DNA of 64,000 bases from Antedon mediterranea (Eukaryota > Animalia > Echinodermata), in the NCBI RefSeq assembly GCF_964355755.1, contig NC_092676.1:10393888-10457887 (forward strand). The letters run 5' to 3'. Shown piece after piece: positions 12,948 to 24,956 of the stretch. The notes below the pieces were generated by a model that was not told where the DNA came from, searched no databases, and saw nothing but the letters and a program-made list of their open reading frames with translations. The translations under genes and the position numbers were made by a program. Each line of letters begins with the position of its first letter. The stretch's first letter is position 1.

Positions 12948-13949
12948 AGAAACAGACGCGGTATTGCACCAAAAGTAATTGTAAGCTCAAAAATATCAAA
13001 GTTGCCCCGTGATTTTAACAATTTCCTTGCCAACGGCAAAAACAAGACCAGATTGATTGAGCTTATTCGCTGTGTACTAGTGTCAAAGAAAGAAAGCATT
13101 CTAACAGATATGAGGAGTGATGTTATCTACTTTTCATCGTACAAAGAATGCATCTACGTTACTAACTGAGATGTTGTATTGGTTCCGGAGCTTAATAGTA
13201 GCCAAGAAGAAGCCGACACGAAAGTCATCCTGCATGCAAAGCATGCTTTAACAAATAACAATCAAGGCGTAGCAATAATTCGTTCCCATTCCGGAGACTT
13301 TGACATTCCAGTCATTTCACTATCTCATTTCATAGGGTGATGGGCAGAGGGTAATTATTGATACAAACACTGGGAAATACCGAAATGTACTGAAATTGAG
13401 TGACATTGATTTAACAAAAGTGCAGAAATCATCCCTTATTGGATTCCATGCTTTCACAGGTAACGAGTATAACTCCGCTTCGTTCGGAAAGGAAAACGTA
13501 CCTGCTGGAAGCTTCTGGAATAAAAAAAAAATGTGTTGACACATTCTGCAACATTGGAGTGTCAGATGTTCCATCAAAAGAGTTGTATGAGGAACTTGAA
13601 GAGTATGTTTCACCATTGTATGGAGTGAAGGGGAAAAGTGAATCAAGCAAGATATGATATCTTCAACAGAAAGTTTTCCAGACACAACAAGATTACAGAT
13701 ATATCATTACTGCCACTATGTCCGCAGACCCTTGAGTTTCATATACTTAGAGCAAACTTCATTACTAAAGAATGGCAATCAGCAGACTTCAATGATTTTG
13801 TTAACAACAGTACACACAATGGATGGAACGAACAAATGGAGCCTAAATGGATTGAGACAGTGATTCCCACTGATGTCCAGGAACTGTTTACACATAATGA
13901 ATATGAAGACTTTTCAGATTGCAGTGATGTGAGCGATCTTGAAGATTAA
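12948..13949 (+). pseudogene. Academ transposase C-terminal XPG/PIN-like region, right arm
   Basis: SQEEADTKVILHAKHA, GFHAFTGN, VNQARYDIF..LLPLCPQTLEFHILRANFITKEW..NGW and an acidic tail; frameshifted. Confidence 0.85.
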
Positions 13950-14792
13950 TACACGACATACAGACTGAAACACTAAAGGGAAGCATGTATGTAGTAAAAG
14001 AATTAAATTCTTGGCCTTGTTATGGCTTATTTATCTCATATTACTCGGATTGCACATGAAAAACTGGTCAAGAAAATAATATGAGAATGTCAACCTCCAA
14101 TTGGCACAAAATGAATTAATTGACAGGATTAACGTGATCAGATAGGAGAAATGTCTTGCATTTTAGGTCAAAGGTCAGTAACGTTATTTCCGGTCATTTT
14201 TACAGATAATGTTCTATTAGTTTGAATATAAACATCTATATTCTGGAGAGTTTGACACCAATTACAACTTTCTGTGTCCAGTAGTTACGGAGATATGATA
14301 TCTGTTAGATATTGGGTCAAAGGTCAATAGAGGTATTTCCGGCCATTTTCTGACAAAAATTTCTATTACATCAAATAGGAACATGTATATTCCAAACAAT
14401 TTGACACCAAAATCAACTCTCTATGACCAGTGGTTGCCAAGATATCATAGTCTACTGTAACTGGCAGCCATTTTGAAAAAAGCGCCCTCACGCGAAAGTT
14501 CTCAGGTTACAGCCCGTTTACCCAATATATTTGGATTCCCCAGAAAAAACTGGTCTAGAAAAGTTATATGAGAATTTCTACCTCTCCGGGTGGCACCTAC
14601 CTCATTCATAGCCTAGTCTATAATATAAGGCGGACCTGGTCTAAAGCATCCTTATCTAAACACAGAGAATCACAACATAAATAATATGACATTCCCCTTA
14701 TTGGGAAAAAGATTGTGTCAATCTTTCCAAAAATGTAACATTTAAAACCATTTTACTATAAACTATCTACAAATAACACCTCTATAATATTA

Positions 14793-16728
14793 TTATGCAC
14801 GGCTTAATCCATCTGCATTTCCATTTAATGATCCTTTCTTGTAAATAACTTTAAATTTATATCCTTGTAAAAACAGAGCCCATCTCATAAGTCTAACATT
14901 GGCACCCTTCATTGAGTCCATCCATCTCAATGCCTGGTGGTCAGTATGAACTTGAAATTCACAACCATACAGATAATACTTAAGTTTATTGATAGCCCAA
15001 ACAATAGAGAGGCACTCTTTTTCTGGCACAGAATATCTCTGCTCATGTACAGATAACTTTCTACTTAAGTACACAATGGGATAATCATTACCCTCACCAT
15101 CTATTTGGCTCAGCACTGCACCTATGCCATCATTTGAGGCATCGGTTTGCAATATAAACATCTTATCAAAATTTGGGGCTTTTAATACATTATCATCAGT
15201 AAGTCGTTTCTTTAAAGTTACAAAGGCCTTTTCACATTGTTCATTCCACTTTAACGGTATTACTTTTACTCTTTAAAGTTAAATCAATCAATGGCTTAGC
15301 AATATCGGCATAGTTCTGTACAAATTTTCTGTAATAGCCAGTTAATCCGAGAAATGATCGGACTTGTTTCTTAGACAAAGGTCTGGGGAACTTTTCCACA
15401 GCCTCAACCTTATCAATCATGGGTCTAATTTCTCCATTACCAATCTTATGCCCCAGAAATTCTACCTGTGCATAGGCAATTTTACATTTCAAAGGCTTTG
15501 CTGTCAATCCAGCACTACTTAATCTTTCTAATACATCATTCAAATGAAAAATATGATCTTTCCAAGTTTGACTATAAATACATATGTCATCTATATATGC
15601 CTTAGCATATCCCTCAGTACCTTGTAATACCTTATCCATTAATCTTTGGAAAGTACTAGAGCTATTTTGCATACCAAATGGAAGTACATTGTAACAATAC
15701 TGTCCAAATTGTGTAATAAATGCTAATTTGTCTTTGGTCTTAGGATCCAGAGGCACCTGGTAAAATCCTTTAGTTAGATCTAACGTAGTTATGTATATTG
15801 CGGATGATACCTCATCCAACATTTCGTCTATGCGAGGCATAACATAAGGGTCAAATTGTGTAGTCTTATTTAGTGATCTAAAATCTGTCACCATTCTAAT
15901 TTGATTCTGGCCTTTCTTCAGGGCAATAATAGGTGCAGCATAGGCACTAACTGTAGGTTCTATTATACCCATAGCCAACATACTATCTAATTCTTCTTTC
16001 AATTTACCCTTTAATGCTTGGGGCGTTCTATATGCCCTATGCCTTATAGGCATTTCACCACTAGTCTTAATTTCATGTGTCACTAAGTGAGTTCTACCTG
16101 GTACATCCGAGAATACATTCTGTTGGTACTTTAACAATTCTGTTAATTGTTTAGTTTGTGTATCATTTAAATTACTACTAACGTTAACATCTCTCCATGT
16201 TTGTGATTGATGATAAGACAATCCTATGTCTATTTCACTATCTAACTCATTGTCATGGACTGTTTCATTTAAGTCTACTTTTTCTATCGACTGAACATTT
16301 GTTACTACATAATAACCATCTTTACTTATTTCTACTTTATCATACCATCTCTTTAACATATTAACATGTAGAATTTGTTTTTCTTTTCTTCTACCTCCTA
16401 TGTATATTTCATAATTTACATCATTGACCTTTTTTGTAACAGTGAAGGGGCCTTGCCATTTACTGTCTAACTTACTATTTCCTACTGGAAGGAATATCAA
16501 CACTTTGTCCCCTTCTACAAATTCTCTATCAATAGCATTCTTGTTATAATTGTGGGACATAATTTCTTGTTGTTCAAGTTTGTTTACATTAGCATCTTTC
16601 ATTAATTCCTCCATTTTTTCTCTTATGTCTAACATGTATTTGATAACATCAGTAGATGTTTCTTCATCTTCTACCCAATTACTTTTGAGTAAACTCAAGG
16701 GTGCCCTCACCTCTCTACCATAAAGCAA
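14793..16728 (-). pseudogene. pol: Gypsy pol: integrase C-terminus (GPY/F), reverse transcriptase and RNase H
   Basis: KWQGPF..HVNMLK, LDLTKGFYQ, LPFGMQN, AYIDDI, FLGLTGYYRKF, LQTDAS..GIGAVLSQ, EKECL, TDHQAL, NADGLSR. A 1-nt frameshift near 15250. Confidence 0.95.
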
Positions 16729-16737
16729 TTTAAAAGG

Positions 16738-17560
16738 TCAATGGCCCGTCGCTTTACTAGGAACTTCTCTGTATGCAAACAGAAAGGGGGGTATGTAGTT
16801 ATCCCAATTTTTTCTTTGCTTAACTGTAAGTGTCCTTATCATATTTTTCAATGTACCGTGAAATCTTTCAACAAGCCCATTGCTTTGGGGGTGGTACACT
16901 GTAGTCTTTAATTGATTAATCCCCAACATACTACATATAGATTGCATAATTGAAGACATGAAATTAGTTCCTTGATCATGTACAATCTCTTCGGGTAATC
17001 CTACTCTAGTAAAGACTTCTATTAGAGCCCTGGCTACTGTTTCAGCTCTAACATTGGGTAACGGGATAGCATCCGGATATCTCGTAGCATAGTCAATTAT
17101 AGTAAGCATATATTTGTTATTACGGCTTGTTCTAGATAAGGGTCCAACAATGTCTATCGCTATCGGTAATGGTATCAAAGTATGTTTCCTTTTACTTTTA
17201 CCCTTATCTACCTTTTGGCATTCCTTACAGACTTTACAATAGACTACCACATCTTTAAATATACCTGGCCAATAGAATTGGTTCAGGATCCTACTTTTAG
17301 TTTTCTCAACACCCATGTGACCTGCAAATGGCACATTATGACCTAAGTGTAATACACCCTGTCTACACTGAGTGGGTAATACAATCTGTTCCACTTGGTT
17401 ATTCTTATCTTTAATACTACTCCAATTTCTCATCAATATACCTTGTCTCATAAAGAAACATACCCTATGCTGACCTATTTCTTCTATAGGGACTACCCTG
17501 TCAAACACTCCTTTGAGTGAGTCATCCTTAGTTTGCAATTTGATCAGTTCTTGTTTAGTT
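16738..17560 (-). pseudogene. Gypsy integrase (HHCC zinc finger + DDE core), upstream of RT
   Basis: GHNVPFAGHMG..CKVCKEC, IDIVGPL, IDYATRYP, HDQGTNF, YHPQSNGLVERFHGTLK. In-frame TGA at 16738-16740, and apparently a short deletion before AIDIVGPL. Confidence 0.95.
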
Positions 17561-19350
17561 ATTTTTTATTTTATTTTATTTTATTCAATCAAAACCAACA
17601 GCGATAAATACCGCCACTAACAGGTTTGAAACATAAAACAATACAACATCAAAAACGGTTAACAATAAAATACAGATAAAATATATATATATATATATAA
17701 AACATAGATTGGCATGCCATAAAAAATTTCAATTAAAACAGGTTATGCAGACTGTTCAAGAAGTGAACACATCATCGTCCTCTTAAAATAACCAAGTCTA
17801 TCATTAAAAATATCGATATGATTGCTATTTAGATTATTAAATGTATAAGGTAGTCTATGAAAAAGTCCCCTCTTAGTACAGTCGACACGGCTAAAAGGAA
17901 TATGCAATAAATGTCTATTTCGTGTACGACCAGGAACATTTAAACTAAATAGTGAAATTAATGAACAGTCATATTTAGAATTTAAAATATTATATAAAAA
18001 AACCATATCAGATATCGTTCGACGATTGCTGACAGAATCAATGGAAAAGGCAAAATTAACACAGTTATAAGACAGGAATCGAACAAACTTCCGTTGAACA
18101 GTGTCGATTCGACGGGCCTGACATGGAGAAATTGAATTGAAAATTGCGGAACAATATTCAAGGTGAGGACGTATAATAGATTTGTATAAAGATAAAAGTG
18201 CCCTGCCGTCGTTCATAAACCTACAATTTCTCCATATTAAGCCCATCATTCTATTAGCTTTTGACAACACATGATTAATATGTGAACAAAAATTTAATTT
18301 ACTATCAATAAAAATACCTAAATCTTTCCATACATAAACCATCTCAAGATCATGTCCACTCAGATTATAATTGAAGAGCACAGGCCTTTTTTTAAGTGTT
18401 ATAGATAAATATTTGCATTTATTAGCATTAAGTTTTATCCCCCACTTCTCCGTCCATTCCACGAGACCATCCAGATCCTCCTGAAGTGAAAAAGCATCCT
18501 GTGGAGTGGTAATCACTTTAAACAATTTCAGATCGTCAGCAAATAAAAGAGACTCGGAATGATTAAATTTTAAAGGAAGATCGTTGATAAATAAATTAAA
18601 CAAAAGCGGGCCCAGGATCGAGCCCTGCGGAACGCCCGATAACACAGGGAGCCAATCAGATGTCTCTCCCCCAATGACAACACGCTGTTGTCTATTAGTT
18701 AAATAGCTTTTAAACCAACTTAACAGTGAACCGGATAAACCAAATTTTGAAAGTTTAAAAATAAGCAAATCATGGGAAACGGAATCAAAAGCCTTAGAGA
18801 AATCAGTGTAAATCACATCGCACTGCTTCTTGCTGTTAATTGCATCGTATGATGTAGCAAGAAGCAGTGCGAGGTTGGTTTGACATGATCTCCCAGAGAC
18901 AAAACCATGCTGCCTAGGACTTAAAGCATTATCAACATGTGATGACAAACCATCATGCACAATGCGCTCAAAAATCTTAGACATAGTAGGCAATAACGAA
19001 ATAGGACGATAGTTACAGATTAGTTTTTTGGGACCACTCTTGTGAATTGGGACAATATTAGCGTGTTTCCAAGATGAAGGAAAAACCCCAGAATTAATAG
19101 ATAGCTGAAACAATTTGCAAAGCGGATAAGAGAGTGAGGAGGAGGCACCCTTTAAGACAACGTTACTAATCTGATCAATGCCAGTAGCTTTATTGATATC
19201 AATGTTACTAAGTGCCTTTTCCACAGAATGCTGATTCACAGACAGAGAACTTAAGTTATCCACCGCATAGTCAGGAAGACCTGGATAGTCCCGGGGAACG
19301 TCCGGAGAAGGCTCACTGAAAAAAGAATGAAAATAAGAACAGCTTGTGCA
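17561..19350 (-). mobile_element. 5'-truncated CR1/L2-group LINE (open RT) inserted in Gypsy pol between protease and integrase
   Basis: ORF to 17743 with NYRPISLL, YTDFSKAFD, GVPQGSILGPLLF, FADD and KDLGIF. 3' UTR stem-loop and (AATAA)n tail at ~17561-17590. No clear TSD. Confidence 0.9.
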
Positions 19351-21133
19351 GTTGTTCATAAGTTTTATGTTTGACTGTTTTATCTTTAGCTCTATCCTCA
19401 TTTTCGTCAAACAAATTATTCATTTCTGTAACATTCATATCATCTAAACACTTAGTTTTATTTACTTTGTTGTCATTTACTACTGTTTTCAACAATTGTA
19501 CATTAGTTTCTTTAGGCGGCTCTTCTATCGGCTTAAAGTTACTATCTTTCCCTAACAATATCATTTCGTCTTGTATTCTAACATCATTTTCTATTCTGGC
19601 TTGCTCCCTAGTTAGGACGAACATTTCTTTAGCCATTGTTTCCCCACAATTTTGGTCCAAATCATGACCCAATAACATGTCCCTCTGTAATCCTTCGATT
19701 ACGGCTACAATCACTTTTCCTGTCACTATCTTACTTTCTATAGCTACCTCAGCTAAGGGGACGGTAATATCGCCTCCTATACCTCTTAACGTAACCCATT
19801 TTCCTGGCAAGTAACATTTGTTAGGCACTAGACTTTCCTTAACAGCTGACTGGGTACATCCCGAGTCTCTAAGCATAGTTATATCCTGTCCTTCTAATTT
19901 TCCTGGTATTGTACACTTCTCCATTTTATTTTCTACACTATCCATAACTACTTGGGGTCTATCTGATTTTATTTCTTCACATCTTAAGCCATCTTTCACA
20001 TTCGGGCCCTTCTTAGTGTCACTAGTCTTTCCTTTTGCTACCATCTTAGGACAATCCCCTATTTTATGTCCCTTCTCCTTACAATTAAAGCATAGGCCAT
20101 TAATCCATTCATTTGAAGGTTCTCTCTGTTGGAAATTTCTACCATAGTTATGGAATTTGCCTCCCCTTCCGCGATACCTATTGTATCCTTGCTGCCTAGC
20201 TCCAGGGTTATTCTGAGTTGTACTATTCTTAGGTTTACTATTTTCTTGGCCCTTATAATACGTAGGCTTATTTTCAGAATTTACGGCATTCCAATAGCCA
20301 CGGCCACCTCTATTAGCTATATAATCATCGGCTATCATAGCCATATCATAGCTCTTATTTACTTGTTTATCTTTAAGATAAAGCCTCAGATCTTCAGGCA
20401 TTTTATCAAGTGCCTGTTCCATTATAATCATTTCAATAATGCCTGCAGCATCATCTTCTTTTACATTAGCACATTTCATCCAACATTTTAAATAATGGGA
20501 GAGCTCATTCAGCCATTCCCTGATGGACATATCTTTAACTCTGTTTGAATTTCTAAATTTAAATCTGTAGGTCTCTGCGGACACATCATACTTTTCTAAG
20601 ATTGCCTTCTTTAAGGTATCATAATCTACACATTCTTTTACGGTTAAGGATGCATATGCTGTCCTAGCTTTACCAGACAGTTCAGGTGCTAACCTAGCGG
20701 ACCACGTATTCTTATCCCAACCTGTGGCTTCTGCCAAGTGTTCAAATGTTCTAAAATATATATCAATATCATCTGATTCCTTCAAAGTAGGAACCTTTAC
20801 CTTCATTTCATCTACTATATTCCTAGCATTATTGTAGCTAGACCTATTTTCTAATTCCATCATTTTCACTCTTTCTTGTGATTCAATTTTTCTTTGCTCT
20901 ATATCTGCTTCTAATCTTAACTTATTGTTTTCGGCCTCGAACTTCATTCGAAAATATTCGAGCATCATATCTTTAGGCATACCGCCGGGTATTTCGGGCA
21001 AATCAATATCCCTAGCCATTTTATCATATATTTCATTGACTTGGTCAACCTCTTCTTGGTCAACCATATCTTCCCTAGTATCTTTGTCTGACATAGTCTT
21101 ATCTATATTTTTACCCGATCTTAAAGTTGTCAT
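19351..21133 (-). CDS. gag: Gypsy Gag-protease (coiled coil, SCAN-like capsid C-domain, CCHC knuckle, aspartic protease)
   Basis: YDTLKKAILEKYDVSAETYRFKFR, IIMEQALDKMPEDLRLYL..MAMIADDY, CFNCKEKGHKIGDC, LRDSGCTQS, MLLGHD. Confidence 0.92.
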
Positions 21134-21651
21134 GCTAATAACAATTTTACTAATGAAATATGTAAACTTATGTATACAAAATATGTTATAAAAGTATTTG
21201 TATTACCTTGATTCCATTCAGATATGTAAAAAATATGAAATCCACATAAATTTTTAAATGCAATACAATATAAGACATTAATTTACTTCAAAGTCACAAA
21301 CAACGTTCCAAGTTCGCGCCGTACAAAAATTTACTTTCGAAATAAAAAATAGTTTACAAAGTCAGCTTTTCAAATCTTCTCAAAATTTACTGGGCTTCCT
21401 TCTGTTACTTCAGTTTTCTTCTTTCAGATCTCGGTGAATATATATCTCCGATGAATATCCAGCAGCCTTGAGCTCAACAGTACTTCTTCTTCGTTGTAAT
21501 ATCCAAACAACGCACGGTATAAAAACTGTCAGGAATCCAGATCTTCGTAACCATTTAACTTTTTGGTTACTGATTTAACAGGCCCGTAGAGTAGGCACTG
21601 TCACTTCTTCTTCTTTTTGATACTAAATCATGTATCTTAAACAAAAATTTT

Positions 21652-21665
21652 CACCGCTGCCACCA
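21652..21665 (-). promoter_or_regulatory. Primer-binding site complementary to the tRNA-Leu 3' end
   Basis: TGGTGGCAGCGGTG directly after the 5' LTR; the plus strand CACCGCTGCCACCA matches the 3' end of animal tRNA-Leu(AAG/TAG). Confidence 0.85.
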
Positions 21666-22074
21666 TGTAGTGAATTATTTAAGTTGGTTCCGAGCTTTCT
21701 CAGGCGTATATACTGTATATAACTCCACGCGACGTACACTGTCACTGAATGATAACTCATACAAAAAGTATATTTAACTCAACTAGAACTTTTATTCCTT
21801 GTAATTCGATTAATACATCTTTCTACCACTACCAGTCAAGCCTTAATATTTTCTTTATCATCTTTCCGTTTATCTACTTTGATCTTATTCTCTCTTCTCC
21901 TCTAATATCTATTACATTCTACTTTTATACTGGATATGCAAATTTTAGGCTTCAGAGGAGGATAACATTTTCCCTCCAAAATTATACGATTTTGATTGGC
22001 TAATAATATAAGGCGGACCTGGTCTAAAGCATCCTTATCTAAACACAGAGAATCACAACATAAATAATATGACA
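21666..22074 (-). repeat. 5' LTR (409 bp)
   Basis: TGTAGT..ATGACA, adjacent to the PBS and followed by the TSD GCGAG. Confidence 0.95.
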
Positions 22075-22214
22075 GCGAGCCTTAAATAAATAAATTGATA
22101 AATAAATAAACATAAATTCACGGTTTTTGCGATAAAAGTTGGGTTTTAATAATTTATGACCAAGCTCGTTGGTGGGTATTTGCAACACTCTTAATAAACA
22201 GGTATTATATTAGG

Positions 22215-22838
22215 GAGTCTCGGGAAATCTTGAAAAAAGAGACCCCAAATATAATGAGACGTTTTAGTGGGGGTCTCTGTTTTCGAGTTTTTCTCGAAAA
22301 CAGAGACCCCCTATATAACGTAATATTGAGACGTTTTAGTGGGGGTCTCTGTTTTCGAGTTTTTCTCGAAAACAGAGACCTCCTATATAACGTAATATTG
22401 AGACGTTTTAGTGGGTGGGGGGGGGTCTATGTTTTCAAGAAATCTCGAAAAAAGAAACCCCCTATATAATGTAATATTGAGACGTTTTAGTGGGGGTCTC
22501 TGTTTTCGAGTTTTTCTCGAAAACAGAGACCCCCTATATAACGTAATATTGACTTAATTTTTGAGAAAAACTGGAGAACAGACCCCCTATATAATGTAAT
22601 ATTAAAACGTTTTAGTGGGGTCTCTGTTTTCGAGATTTTCTCGAAAACAGAGACCCCCACTAAAACATTTCAATATTACGTTATATAGGGGGTATCTGTT
22701 TTCGAGTAACGTTTTAGTGGGGGTCTCTGTTTTCAAAAACTCGAAAACAGAGACCCCCTATATTACTTAATATTGAGACGTTTTAGTGAGACCCTGGGTC
22801 TCGGGTCTCTGTTTTCGAGGTCTCTGTTTTCGAGACAC
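22215..22838. repeat. ~84-bp tandem array of hairpin units; probable MULE-type MITE remnant
   Basis: Unit contains GGGGGTCTCTGTTTTCGAG-ttttt-CTCGAAAACAGAGACCCCC. One linker is inverted near 22660-22690. Right end TTTTCGAGACACC resembles the end of 61256-62352. Confidence 0.8.
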
Positions 22839-22925
22839 CTGTACAGTATGTGGTTTGCAAGGCTTTTCACCTTTTCTAATGCTAGAAACAACAAATCAGT
22901 AGTGCATAGAAATAGAATATATATA

Positions 22926-23103
22926 TGATGAAGGGCTATAAGTGTTGCCCGAAAGCTCTGCTAACTTTTCTGGCTGTTTACTTTATCGTTTTGATTTAGC
23001 TTTTCGTTTTTTTATTTGTATCTCCATTGAGATCCAGCCACTGATACCCACAGCATTGTCATTTTTTTCAGTAATTTGCCTTTGGATTTATATATATATA
23101 ATA
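22926..23103 (+). mobile_element. Penelope-like pseudo-LTR fragment with a truncated hammerhead, in (TA)n
   Basis: Near-identical to 52649-52826. Starts TGATGAAGGGC..GCCCGAAAGCTC; flanked by TA repeats. Confidence 0.8.
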
Positions 23104-23869
23104 AATAATATTATTATTACTAAAGTATTTTTCTCAGTAATGACTGTACAGCATATTAATTCTCTGCAAAAATCACACTGTAAGATCACATTAACTTTAA
23201 TACAGTACTTAATAAAAATGAAAAAACACATTCTCCCTTCTTCATTTATGCAAACATTGTTTGTAAAATTTAAGATTTATTTGGGTTTTTTTTTTTAAAA
23301 AACAAACAGAATTGTGTGCTTTCCAGTGGGAAAAATTTGTGTATTAACATTCAAATTCCTTTCAGTACAAATTTATTACAAATTATTATAAAACTTACTT
23401 GTGATGTTGTGATTTTATATTGCTGATTATTTCCTGTTCCAAACTTAATGCACCTTAGTTTGTGCATGACAGGATTTAACAGTAGCTGTACTCTTTTGAA
23501 GTGATAATAGAAGGCACAAATTTGCCTCTTCTTCATAACATTCCTATCTGGCAACTGCTGCTGTTCTTCGACAATCTTTCAAAAAGACCGCCACTTCCTG
23601 ATTCTTGGATTGGCAAAATTCTGCAATCTTAAATGCATTGCCAGTTGGTGATGAAAATTTAATTTCATGGAGTGCTATTTAATTATCAATAATCAATAAC
23701 AACAAATTTAAACAGTAAATAATCAGAAAGCTGTTTATTTATCCTACAAAAAAAATCATCAACGTAACAAAACTTACCCATTACAACTTTTAATATTTGG
23801 AGTTTCGTGTATATTTGACTGTCTTTCCACCAACAAGTGAAACCTTGACTAAAAAACTTATCTGTAACC

Positions 23870-24552
23870 ACTATCTGGTTTTGTAAAGTGGAATTAGACT
23901 ATTTTCATTCAAAAACGAATAAATTACTGAGTGCACACATCTTTCTAAAATCTTCAATATAATCAGTAGTATTGAAATAGGCCTATAATTGTTTGTATTG
24001 CATTTGTCTCCCCCCCCCCCCCCCCTTGTAAATGGGTGTGACCAATGCATGTTTCCAATCTGCAGGATATTTTTCACATTGTATTGAGAGGTTCAATACA
24101 TGCGCTAACGATTGTAAGATAGGTCTATCATACTGAGATGCTATTTTAAGAATGTTCACACTAACTCCATCTGGACCTGTTCCTAGCAGACATAGATAAT
24201 ATTTGCTTTCGAACAAAATCTTCCGTGATATTAGGCAGTATACACGGTTGAGGTGGTTCGTAACGTGGAAGATTACGGATATTGATGTCCATATCAAATT
24301 CCGGTGCAATGTCGTCACTATTTGCCATACGATGTCCAATTGTGGAAAAATATTATTGAACGTATCAGCAATGCCAACATGATCGTCAATGTTCTTTCTA
24401 TCTTTGGAAAGGATTGAATTTGGGATAGATTTTTGTTTATTCGGAAGAACCTCTTTTAGTTTCTTCCACAGCATGGAAGAATCACTTCTGTTAGCTTTAA
24501 TGGCTGATGTGAAATATTCCCGTTTCTTTATACGGATGGTTACACTATTCAC
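23870..24552 (-). pseudogene. Degenerate CR1/L2-group LINE ORF2 fragment
   Basis: LWKKLKEVLP, IADTFN, GPDGVS, YPADWKHALVTPIYKGG, NYRPISIL..KILER across shifted frames. Confidence 0.8.
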
Positions 24553-24956
24553 TATACACTAGAATGGAGTTCATAACATTCCTTTTCTAATTTGTCCATT
24601 TTTTCACTTTCATATAATGGAACAGAAATTCATTCATTAATTGTTAATATTTGTTCTGACAATTTGCAGTCAAGCGATTTGATATCCGATTTGACATCTA
24701 ATATGGCTTTGAGTCGAAAAGGTTAAAGTAGGTTCTGTGATGGGTTCGTGTATAATAGCGTCAGTCCCTATGGTAACAGTGGTAATTTGTTTACATATCT
24801 TAGATTTGGGCTAACTTGTAGAGCTCAAATTGCATTATAAATATATAGGCTTTTTGTTACTATAATAAACAAGGCAATACCAACAACTTTAAAAATAGAA
24901 TAAAAGAATTCAATAACCAATGGCATGCGATACAAAATCAACCACTCGGCTGGTAA

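Larger units (their letters stand above)
10768..14620. mobile_element. Academ (AcademX-type) foldback element: ~1.68-kb inverted arms, 3-bp TSD TAA
   Basis: Termini TAGACTAGGCTATGAATGAGG / CCTCATTCATAGCCTAGTCTA. Arms 10768-12454 and 12948-14620 are reverse complements. TSD deduced from the uninterrupted 5' LTR. Confidence 0.9.
10431..14691 (-). repeat. 3' LTR (10431-10767 + 14621-14691), split by an Academ insertion
   Basis: Matches 21666-22074 apart from two small indels once 10768-14620 and one TAA are removed. PPT AATAAGGGGAA (minus strand) at 14692-14702. Confidence 0.95.
10431..22074 (-). mobile_element. Gmr1-like Ty3/Gypsy LTR retrotransposon with two nested insertions
   Basis: TG..CA LTRs, 5-bp TSD GCGAG (10426-10430, 22075-22079), PBS and PPT. 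Domain order on the minus strand is gag-PR-IN-RT-RNaseH. Confidence 0.95.

Noticed and set aside
17743-19410. 555-aa ORF as a Gypsy-LINE fusion protein
   Set aside because: The first ~20 codons are out-of-frame Gypsy sequence that happens to be open into a 5'-truncated LINE.
22230-22838. CRISPR-like array of palindromic repeats
   Set aside because: The linkers are copies of one another rather than unique spacers; there are no cas genes and the context is eukaryotic.
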